Below, piece after piece: positions 53,116 to 64,000 of a stretch of DNA of 64,000 bases; the stretch's first letter is position 1; every line of letters begins with the position of its first letter. Under the pieces are notes generated by a model. The model saw only the letters and a program-made list of their open reading frames with translations. It made no database searches and was not told where the DNA came from. The DNA lies in NCBI RefSeq assembly GCF_009914755.1, contig NC_060927.1; one strand, written 5' to 3'. Made by a program: the position numbers and the translations under genes. This DNA comes from the human T2T-CHM13v2.0 reference genome, Homo sapiens.

Positions 53116-56100
53116 GAGCCTTTACCTCAGCAGTTCCCTTTTCTTACCTATCTCCTATGTATTTTGCTGCCTGACTACATTCAGGTCTTACAGGTACTGC
53201 TTCATCACTACAAATTTCATCACCCGACACATCACATATCTCTGTGTTATTTTGTGTCTGCCCCTCTCATTAGAATTGAAGAAACATGAAAGCTAGAACT
53301 TTCCTATCAGCAGCTTGCTGGAGGTTATCTACATTAGTGTAGACACAGTAAATATTTGATTGATCTAATGTGACTAATTAAAAACTAATAAGTATTGATT
53401 GAACTAATGGAGTACTGTAAACAATATACTGACCTTTAAATTTTGTGCTTTTAATTGATATGATTTGAATCATTAGAAAAGACAAGTCATGTGTTTCATA
53501 ATTACATCTCAATTATTCTTTATGATGCTAGGGAATGTTATCATCAATCATATCGAAAAGAGGGGGAGATGAGAACACTACATTCTATTTATATTTTCAC
53601 TTTCTAAGAAGCAGTTTCTTTAATCCACTCTTTACTAGAAAGAAATATTGAATTCAGGAAAACACATTTTTAAAAACATCAAGCACATGGATTTTTTTAT
53701 AAACAAAATAAGCTAATGCTTATGAAACATATCAGCTATTATTTTTCCACATAAACAAATACACAAAAATAAATTTATTCACATCAATGATGTTATTTAC
53801 AATATATACATGTCCCTTCCTTTGCAGTCTCATTGATTTGTCAGCTAAGTCTAGATACTTGAAATGACCTTGAGACATAACTTGGCAAAGAGTGGGTAAA
53901 AGAGGAATGTCCAGAGAAAGGAGAGTTGTCAGCCAAAATGCTTCTAGTATCCTAAAAACAGGGCATCAGAGAACAGTCTTCTGAAAAAATAATAAATATG
54001 AATAAACAGTATTGAGTAGTCACATACATCTGTGGCAAGTGTATTTAAGTGAGAGAGTAAGATGCTTATGCTAAGGTGATGGATATCTAAAAAGAAAATA
54101 CATATTCTAAAATAATCCTGGCAAATATAGTTACAACGAAGGTGATTAATAACATCATTGCCTTTGGCTTTTATATTACCCTATGGATCTATTTATTAGG
54201 ATTTAAATTTAAATCAGAGAGGTTGATGCTGAGGTAGCTTAGCATAAGTTTGTGGGAAATAAGAAAGAAATTAGGTGGCAAGAAGCAAGTCTATAATATC
54301 CCTCTCTGCTTCTAATAAAATGTAAACTGCATTACAAGAAATGTAGAATTTAACTAAAAAATGTTTTATGTAAACAACTAAAATTATATCCCGATGGTGT
54401 CAAAATACTGTCATATTCCATGAGGTTTCCAAAGCCTCTTCTTTTTCTTAAGAAAAATAAGATGTTTTATTTTTTGAAGTGTCCATGTATATATCCCACA
54501 AGAATCCTCTTTTTAAAAAATAGTTTTACACATTTTATGAAGTTGTATGTATGTGGGTGTCTCTGAGTCTCTGCATGCTATGAGATTTCGGGCGAAAAAG
54601 ACTACTTGTTCATTTTTAAAGCATTTTAGATGATTTTAATATAAAAATTCACTTATGACTTTACAATTTATCTTACTGTATTTTTATCAGTTTATAAATG
54701 GGTAAATTTTTATCTTTCTAAAACAGAAGGCTTATTATATATAAAAAAAAATTTTTGTAATAATTTTTCACACAAGTAGAAAACTTGTTATTCGAAGAAA
54801 ACCATTTATAACTTTAAAATTGTATGTTAATATATTTTAATCAGATTTTTTTCTTAGTCTGAAGAACAAGAGTATATGAGTTTTATATGTGAGCTAAAAT
54901 ATATTATTAAGACTAGAGATAGATACGTAGATATAACTATTTTGTACGCATTTGTGTTCACAAGCACACATACATACATATATCTGCACATTGAATGCCT
55001 TTTTAAATTCTCCCTTTCAAAATAGAAACTAGAATACTTTAGAGTGAATCAGTACATACTATCAGAGACAACACTAAAGACAAAAATGTTTTCATGTCTG
55101 CTGTATGGGAGCCAGAGCTATTCAATTTTCCTGCAGGCTTCTTCTGAAAAAACTACCAAGAGACTGCATTTTTATACCACTGGGGGTACTTCTTATGGTA
55201 TGTATTAATTTGTATTGGCAAGAACTTTTGGAAGACAGCCATTTGCCAGCTTTCCAAGAACAAATTGTATAGTTACAAATGTTGCAGCAGTAGGCATGTA
55301 TGAAAATGTTGAAATCATAAAAAATAAAAGTGGATTAACATTCGTTTCTTAGCATTAGTATGCAAATAATTGAGAGCTAATGCAATTTTCAGATTACAAC
55401 CTAATTTTATAGCTTACTTTAGCAAATTGGCTAAAATGAATAAATGTGCTAGTGCAGACATCTAAGTTTAAAATTTGCATCTAATAAATGACTGGCAAAT
55501 AAAAGATGTCTATCCAAAAAATGGTGTTGCTTGTGAAGAACCTTTGCTTGTTCAGTGATTCTCAATCTACCTGTATCAATGTATGTAAAACCATTAACAT
55601 ATTTTCAGTGTCATTGGCAAGAATTCCATGAAACATTATTTCCATTCAGTGGTTCACAATGAAATGGTTTAAAACATGAATTTGGTGCCGGGGCGGAGGT
55701 GGGGGAAGAAAAAAAATGAGATCTATGACCTGAATTGCACACACAAAGATATCATTTTAATAGAGTGTTAAAAAGCATTTTATTCAATCTCAATATTCCA
55801 AATTTGAAAGATAATTAATCTATTTCTGCTATTCATACTTCCCCATAACCCAGTTTAAGCCAGTTCCCATAAGAAATATTAACTCTCATTATTATTGAAA
55901 ATTGCATTTTTTAAAAATTAACCCATTGATTTGCTAATTATATACCCTATATCTGGAAGATTCTATGATGAGTTTCAGTAGAGAACAGAAGAAAATCTAC
56001 TGGTGTATTTTAAATTCTGATTATTTTTATCCATTGATATGATGATTACATTTTTAAATTATATTGTTTGATGAATATCATTTTATGGTAAATAAATGTG

Positions 56101-56599
56101 AATGGTAAAATTGTAGACATATTGCTTCTTTTAAAACAAATACACAGGAAAAAATAATAATCTTCAAAGCAGCAGTCACTCTGAAAAGCTTTTAATCCAA
56201 TGATATCCTAGTCATTTATGGAGATTGTATTTGAATTATTTATTTATTTATTGGTTTAAAGGTTCTGAGTGTGGTGCTATTATTTTTCCTTTGGAGGTGA
56301 ATCTGATTTTTGAAAATAAAAATCCAGGATTTGAATAAGTATATGGTAAAAATAAATGATGCAAAGTATACAAACAAGTACTCTTGGAAATAACACTGTT
56401 CAGTATCCAGTAGGAGTGACGTTTGGGTCTACGACTAGAAATAAAAGTTATATACCTTTAAACAACTTAAATAAGCTTTCAGGCTAGGCTTTTTTTCTGA
56501 GCATGAAGACAATTTATATAAATTTTGTCTTCTGTTCTTAAAGGATAATTTAAAAATATTAAATTACCTACGGCATGTAAGACAAATTGTATTTTCATA

Positions 56600-57850
56600 T
56601 CAACAAGTTAGATATGAAAATATTCTTTTAAAGACAAAAACTATAAATCTGTGTACATCAATGTAACAAACTATCTATAGAGGAAATAGATAATCTGAGC
56701 AGTTCTATATCTATTTAAAAATTGAATTCAGCCCAGGCACAGTGGCTCACGCCTGTAATCTCAGCACTTTGGGAGGCTGAGGCGGGTGGATCACGAGGTC
56801 AGGAGTTCAAGACCAGCCTGGCCAAGATTGTGAAACCTCGTCTCTACTAAAAATACAAAAATTAGCCGGGTGTGGTGGCGGACGCGTGTAATCCCAGCTA
56901 CTCAGAAGGCTGAGGCAGAGAACTGCTTGAACCTGGGAGGCTGAGGCTGCAGTGAGCCGAGATCAAGACACTGCAGTCTAGCCTGGGTGACAGAGTGAGA
57001 CTCCAAAAAAAAAAGAATTCATAGTTAAAAATATCCTACTTCAGTTTAAGAAAAATATAGTTCAAATTCCACCCAATTTTTTTTTCTTTTTTTTTAGCAA
57101 ATGAGAGGTGGTAACAATTCCCAATCATTTTATGAGACTAGCACTGTTACCAAAGAACAGGCAAAGACATTGAAAAAAAAAAAGAAAAACACAGACCAAT
57201 GTCTTCTATGAGTACAGACCCTCAAAAACTTAAAATTTCAGCAAGTTGAATCTAGTAATAAAAAAGTGTGATCCATGACAGGGTTGAGTTTATTCTCAAA
57301 ATGCACAATTAGTATAAAAATGAAAAATCATTCAATATAATTTACACCATTAATGCGTTGAAAAATACAATTTGAACACCTCTATAGATGAAGGAGCGCA
57401 TCTGAAAGAATAATTCAACACACATTCAGCATAAAATCTGCAACAAACTAAAAGTTGAATGAAAATTTCTCAACTTGAAAAAGCATAATTATGAAACCTA
57501 GAGCTAACCTTATATTAAACAACACAGACCTGAAGGTTTTATACAAATATAAAGAACAGGGAAAAAATATTTGTTCACTACTTTTAATTAACATTATACT
57601 GTGCATCTTAGTACAATAAGAACATAAAAAAATTGAGTACTGGATAAAGATAAAGAAATAAATTTGTTCCTTTTAGTAAAGGGCATAATCATGCACGTAG
57701 AAAGATTGAAGGAATCCATAGAAAAGCTTCTAGAACTCATTAGCAAGTTTAGCAAATTTGTGCAATGTTCCAAAATAAAGTGTAGTTCTATATAACAGAA
57801 AATCATTGGAAAATAAAATTAAAATACACTGCAGAATTAAAAAATTTAAA
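56600..57850 (+). mobile_element. Old L1M ORF2 fragments (interrupted by Alu)
   Basis: TTCCCAATCATTTTATGAGACTAGCA...CAGACCAATGTC; AGCTTCTAGAACTCATTAGCAAGTTTAGCAA. Confidence 0.7.
56731..57014 (+). mobile_element. AluS-type SINE
   Basis: Dimer with poly(A); flanking GAATTCA repeats. Confidence 0.93.
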
Positions 57851-58170
57851 TACACTATATATACTATATATACTACATACTATATATACTACATACTATA
57901 TATACTATATATGCTATATACTATATATTATGTATAGTGTGTGTATATATACAAAAAATGTGTACACATATATATGTATATATATATAAAGTGGCTGCAA
58001 ATATATTTTTAAAATTGTCACCTAACATTTTTAGTTAGATGATTATGTTAAGAAAACTCTAATAAATCATGAAAAGTAGACTTAAAGCAATGCATTGTAT
58101 TTTGTATTATATATACTATATATATATATAGTATTATATATATATAGTATATATAGAAACAATATATAGA
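57850..58170. repeat. (TA)-rich simple repeats
   Basis: TACTATATA units at 57855-57930 and TA runs at 58110-58170. Confidence 0.85.
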
Positions 58171-61100
58171 AACCCGTTAAACCCAACAAGTGGCTTTAAG
58201 GAGAACAGAGAGAATGTAGATTGCCTGCAAAGAGGTGGAGCTATATTACGTCAGGGTCAAAATAGAGTGCTCTGGGGAGAGGAAGCCATCCAGACTTGCA
58301 TGGTAGAAACAAGATAATGGGAAATAAACCAGAAAATTCTGGTCCAAAAGCTATGCTAAATTTTACTGATGACCAAAAAACAAACAAAAAAATACAATTA
58401 AACATCCTAGTAGAGGTGATAATGAAGAACAACCATAGTTTAAATGCAGAAAGCCATGAGAACCAAAAGGAACAAAAAGCCACATTTGGAGACTTAAGAA
58501 GAATTCCTTGAGAAAATGGAGTCCAAACTCAAATCAAATGGCCTTTCTCTTAAAAGAGAAAGGATGTAAAATTCTTTTGTAAGAAATGAGAATATGGCCT
58601 TGTGAGAATTTTGTATTTGAACCATACAGGTGTTGAGTGAGAGAGGAAACAAAAGAGACAGGTTAAATCAATTGGCACAAGGTCATAATGGGCCTTGTGA
58701 GCCACATTAATGCACTTGGATTTATCTATAAGCAAAGAGATGACAGTTAAATCCGTCTATTTTTATTCACATGTAACTCATGGAAAATCTTAGGCACAAA
58801 ATATATTTCCTGAAGTTTATAATTCATAAGAATCAAATGAAAGATCAGGCCATCTTATTTTCTGATGTTCATACCAGAAAACCTAAAAGTGTAGCTCATT
58901 GGACAGCTAGAAAAAAACCCATGAATGATAATACTTCTAATTCTGCACCAAAGTGAAATGTCTGCTCTCTTCATATTTTGTAATAATGACACAGCACATC
59001 TTAATAAAATTAAAAAAAGAAAAGCAACTGTTAGGGGTAGTTATTTCAGGCTAAATATTATCAACCAATCTCAAATTCCGTGATGAGAAGGGATGTAAAA
59101 TACAGAATAAAAGCATTTTCTCCTTTACATTGAATTTTAATAACTATCATTTATCTTTATTTTCAACTCCTTCCCCAGATATCTTACTACAGCCTTCTAA
59201 AGTTTGAAAATGTTTTCTTAAATATTTCTGTCTCTGAAATTTCATGTCAATAATTTTTGATGAATGGAATTAAGTCCATTTTTTTCCTAGATGTATTTTT
59301 TTGAAAAAATAATTGTCCTGGTTATAAACATCTGTGTTTTCTGGCAGTGGCCCAAAAATGCCAAGGGAGGTATACAAAATGCTGAGTAGATATTATGATT
59401 ATATTAATACTATTTTGTATCTGTTTGATTTTATTCAAAAATAACATGCTAGAATTTTTATGTTTATTGGCATTCTTTGTTTCTTTAATTTTTTGTCTAC
59501 GTATTCAACTATTGCACAGTTATCCATTCCTGATCTCATAACTTTTAATCATTGTTAGACACAGAGTAATGCAGTATGATGATAATTTCCTAACTTTAAA
59601 TTTCCTGGCTTACTGCATTTCCTTTTATGTTTAAGAACAATAGTATTTTCCTTAATTCAATGCTTCCATTTAAAGAGTTAGAAAAACAGACATTTGTAAT
59701 CTAGTCTTTTGAGGAACTTCGAACTCAACCTACTTCAAAAATAGCCACTGACTGAGGTCTGTGTGGAGGACCTAATTGGTATGAGTGAAGCACAACAGGA
59801 GATAGCAGCTAAATTTGTATGCAAGAGTCAGGATAAGAAGTATGACACTCACAGTGAAAGCACAAAACATCAAGCCAACAGTTCAGGACTAGTCATTCAA
59901 ATGGACTAAAGGTCAGTTCCTTTTGTATACCTTTCTTACAGAGTTACTTAGAGGTGGGAGAAGGAAGAAATGAATTTTTCATGAAATATACTGCCTGAGG
60001 AAAAGAAAAAAATAATGTCTATTCCATTGTGTATACCCAGAGCAAAGTGTAAGGCTCGTGGAGTACAAAATGTCATAGGCAAAGCTTGACTCTTTTTTCC
60101 ATCATACAGTTGGGTAAATGAAGCTTGGCAGTGACTAATAATGCATCAATTTCTCGTGATCATAAATAAACCTGGATTATAAAGAAACATGAGAAAACAT
60201 CTATCTAAGCCCAGGAAATGATTCAGAATTCCCTGTATGAAGTAAAATCTAGGATGTTTTAATACTCAAGGAAATAACCAGATGTCTGTTTTAATGCTTA
60301 GAAAGTTTATAATTTTCTAATTTCTTCTATAAGATAGATAATTAAATTTGAATTTATAAGATACAAATAGAAGATAATTCAAAGAAGCTAATCAATAAAT
60401 GTGTTCCTCATTTGCTGACCCTGCTTTAAGCAATTTCTGTGAGTCTGATTGTAATTTCTATGTTCCTCTTAGGTGGGGGAGAAAAAATAAGAGTGGATAA
60501 AAGAAAGAAAGAAAACAGAGAAAGGTGGGAAAAAAAAACAAAGGAAGGAAGAGAGAAAAGAGAATGAGAGGAAGAGAAGGAAGGGGAAAAACAAGATTGA
60601 CTTTACAGTATGAGATATACTATTATATATTGGTAAGCAATTGGAAAAATAAATATATGTAAATATAATGGATTAATTATATTTTAAACAATTACATTTA
60701 AATGTTACATATGTTTAAAATTTTAGAATTATTAATCTGACATAACTGTATATTTCTAGGTGTTATTTAAATAAACATAAATTTGTTCCAATTAACTTTT
60801 TGATAGATTAATCTACATTGACTCCTATCTTACATACCCATTTAACATTTTTTAGTTTTTTCTTAAATCCTAATGTAAATGAACTCTTCTGTGAGTTGCT
60901 AGATTTTCTCAAATACTAAACATTTTTATTCCTTTTTCTTCTTTCTTTCTATCTCTTCCCTCTTCTGTCCTTCTTACTTTGTAAATAATTTTTCTTCTTC
61001 ATTCCTTTTTATTCTTTCACTTAATTATTTTTCTGTCTTTCTTATTTTCTTTCTTTCTTCTGATTACATGCAAAAGTGTACTTCTAGATCACCAGGCAAG

Positions 61101-61424
61101 ATTTCAAATTTTCCAATTGGAGATCCTGGTAGAATTTTTGCTTACAAGTTTTGTAAGCAATAATCTATATTAACAAAATGAAAAAGAGGTAAAATGATTA
61201 AAATGTCTACATAATTGCAGATAATTAAATACATAAATGAAGTTAATAGAAAAATAATTTCAAATAAAGAGCAGGTAAATTAAACATCACCTGTTTTTTA
61301 CTAATTGCTGTTGATTTTATTACCTAAAAAAGATGAGGAGCTGTAAACTTTGTTATTTTAGGGAGAACAATTGCCATGAATATAGGACACAGCTCTTTCA
61401 TCTGAATTTGAATACTTATTTATT

Positions 61425-61548
61425 TTTCTTTTTAAATTAGAGACACTGTCTTGCTATGTTTCCCAGGCTGGACTCAAACTCCTGGGCTCAGGCTCCTGTC
61501 TTAGACTCTGTAGTAGCTAGGACTACAGGTGTTCACCACTGTACCCAG
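61425..61548 (-). mobile_element. Alu monomer (FLAM/FAM-like)
   Basis: GTCTTGCTATGTTTCCCAGGCTGGACTCAAACTCCTGGGCTCA...GCTAGGACTACAGGTG. Confidence 0.75.
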
Positions 61549-63586
61549 ATTGTGGATTTAAATCTTATTTGAAGGAATTGCTTTAAGGATATAAGGTTAG
61601 GTTCTGTCCCAGGTAAATTCGACAATCTTACCATGAAAACAACAAACAAATATCCTGAGTTGGAGGTAGTGAAAAAGTTATGACCACCAAATATCAAATT
61701 ATTATAATTAAAACAGGAACATGATATCAGATTACAGCAAATTTGTTTCACTGTCAACCTTGTACCAGCCAAGAATGCAAAGGTACAGTTTTTGCATATT
61801 CTACAGCACCTGAGCCAGAAATTCTCCTAAGAGGTTTCTATACATATATTCAGTCCATTTAATTGTAAAGAATGAAATCTGAAGAAAATTACCTCAGTCT
61901 TAGAGCATAATTTACTTTGCACATATAGAGAAGTTATAAAGTCCCTGAATTTATGACATCGAAGGCGAGAAGCTCATTTTTACCACCATTTCCCATTTCA
62001 AAATAGGTAATTACAATCGAAGTCCCCACTTTCCACTTTGTGTAATGTATATATCTCACCCATTCTGCCTTCTAGCTGATGGATCTATAGGGAACACATT
62101 ATGAAATATAAAATTGGATGCAGTTTTCCTATGAAGTTATAATTTTACTTCTATATAGAAAAAATAAATATGTGTGTGGTACTGTTATCCCACTTGTGCT
62201 GAGCAACTAATGTTAAAAATCTCGAGCATACAAAATTGGTTAAATCAGTGATTTGCTAGTTTTCTTTTAACGTTTCTCTATGTCTAAAGTACTTTTTGTA
62301 CTAGCTATATTCTTGATAATTTAAAAGTAGATATTAGGACTCTTCTAAAAAATATTGTCTTTTAAGAGTTTCTGTGGGTTAGAAACTTTTTTCTTGCTTT
62401 CTTATAATTCTTGAAAAAACATTAAACAATTTATCTCATAGAGTACTTTTATGAAACTAAAATTTTATGATTTTTATTTTTAAGGAAATGATTAACTTTA
62501 TTGGTTAGACTACCATATTTCCTCTATAAGTCTATTACCTACATGAATACAAGGATCCTGCCTCCTTCTCTCTATCTCAGATCCACTGACAGCACCTCGC
62601 ATAGAGTAGGGGCATCCATTCATAGAACACAAGAATACAGTGGTACTCTACCTGTTTATATGTTTTCCTTTGTACCCTCAACAGCGAATAAGAATACAAC
62701 TATTTAGCGCACTTAATTTTGTGAGTGAGTTCATGAAATGCAACCTTTCATTCCCTTGTGTGTCTGTGTTGCTGGGAGACCTAGGTTATTGCCTACAATT
62801 TGTTTTTGTTCTGAATAAAGCTGCAGAAACCAAATCCAACAACTTTTGGCAAGGAAGCTTCCTTTTATCATGCACCTCCCTCCCTTGGGACTTGGAGAGT
62901 CTTCTCTTCTTGGAAGGCCGATGCATTTGCAATTCTCTACAACTACTGTAGTCCCATGAGAAATGCTATTTTCCCAAATTTCAACAAAAAATTTGGATTG
63001 ACATTTTATTTATTGACATTGACATTATTTTACACTTCTTCCAACTCTCCAGAAAATAAGAACCACTTGATGGTAGCAGTCCCACTATCACTGCTGCTCT
63101 GTAAATAACTCTTTACAATAATTAACACAACTTAATCTGACTTTACCTGACATATCTTATTTTTAGCTTTCTACTATAATATTTATTTTGGATTTATCTG
63201 AGTATTTATTTGAAAAAAAATCCTCAGTATGAAACATGGCTTAATGATTCCAGATATCTCATCATCAAAACTAACTCATGGAACTTTATTCTTAACCTTT
63301 CAATATTTCACAGTTTTATTATAAAAGTAATAGTTCTGCTATTACAAGTAATGGTACTTTTTTATTAATAAATTACTCTACACATGTGCTGCTAAATTTC
63401 TGCAACCCTAATTTATTTAGAACCTCTTTTTTCTTTCTCTCATGCTACAGAGATAAAAAAAAAAGTTATTGATATGTGGGATTTCCCTAGTTAATACTTG
63501 AAACATTTTGGAAACATTTTTAAAAAAATTATAGCATCATACAGTATAATTTCTTTACTAATGTACATATATCCCCAATCCCTACA

Positions 63587-63745
63587 CCAGGAATTGGCAA
63601 ATGTTTTCTGTCAAGGGCTAGATAGTAAATATTTTAGACTTGCAGGACATACAATCTCTGCCACAACTACAACTCAGCCTTTGGAGCCTGGAAACAGCTA
63701 CAAACTGTACATAAATGATCATGGTTGTTTACTACTATTTCTGGA
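63587..63745. mobile_element. MER58-like hAT fragment
   Basis: CAGGAATTGGCAAATGTTTTCTGTCAAGGGCTAGATAGTAAATATTTTAGACTTGCAGG. Confidence 0.7.
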
Positions 63746-63749
63746 CACT

Positions 63750-64000
63750 TGTATTAGTTTGCTATTACTGCCATAACAAAATACCATATACTGTGTGGTT
63801 TAAACACAGAAATTTATTGTCTCACAGTTTTGGAGGCTAGAAGTCCAAAATAAAGGCGTCAGCAGCAGGGTGGTTTCTTCTGAGGCTTCTCTCCTTGGCT
63901 GTCAGGTGTGACTGCTTTTACTCTATGTCCTCATATGGTCTTTCTTTTATGTCCACAGATGTGTGGTGGCATCTCTTTGTATGTCCTAATTTTTTATTAT
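63750..64000 (-). mobile_element. MaLR MLT1-type LTR running off the window
   Basis: TGTATTAGTTTGCTATTACTGCCATAACAAAATACCATA...AGAAATTTATTGTCTCACAGTTTTGGAGGCTAGAAGTCC. Confidence 0.8.

Overview
AT-rich, CpG-poor primate (most likely human) genomic DNA: about ten Alus, L1/L2/MIR fragments, MaLR and ERV LTRs, and microsatellites. I found no intact host protein-coding exon; the listed ORFs are repeat-derived or chance ORFs. Main contents: (1) a heavily decayed but nearly complete class III (ERV-L/HERV-S-like) provirus on the minus strand (~8.1-14.2 kb), with gag, protease, RT, RNase H, integrase and dUTPase-like motifs in order plus ~1.2 kb of unexplained post-pol sequence; (2) a minus-strand MER34/MER4-group ERV1 remnant (~15.9-24.6 kb) carrying a complex insertion (fold-back inverted duplication + L1PA 3' end + apparently transduced foreign DNA + hairpin-rich filler), a ~870-bp templated duplication and a 26-bp minisatellite; (3) a plus-strand MER50-type ERV1 remnant (~33.8-41.2 kb) with a nested LTR8; (4) an old processed pseudogene of SRRM1 (~43.1-45.5 kb). 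Repeat family names come from my recall of consensus sequences and need RepeatMasker/Dfam confirmation. I see no evidence for a new functional gene system. The most unusual signals are the complex L1-associated rearrangement and the ancient provirus.
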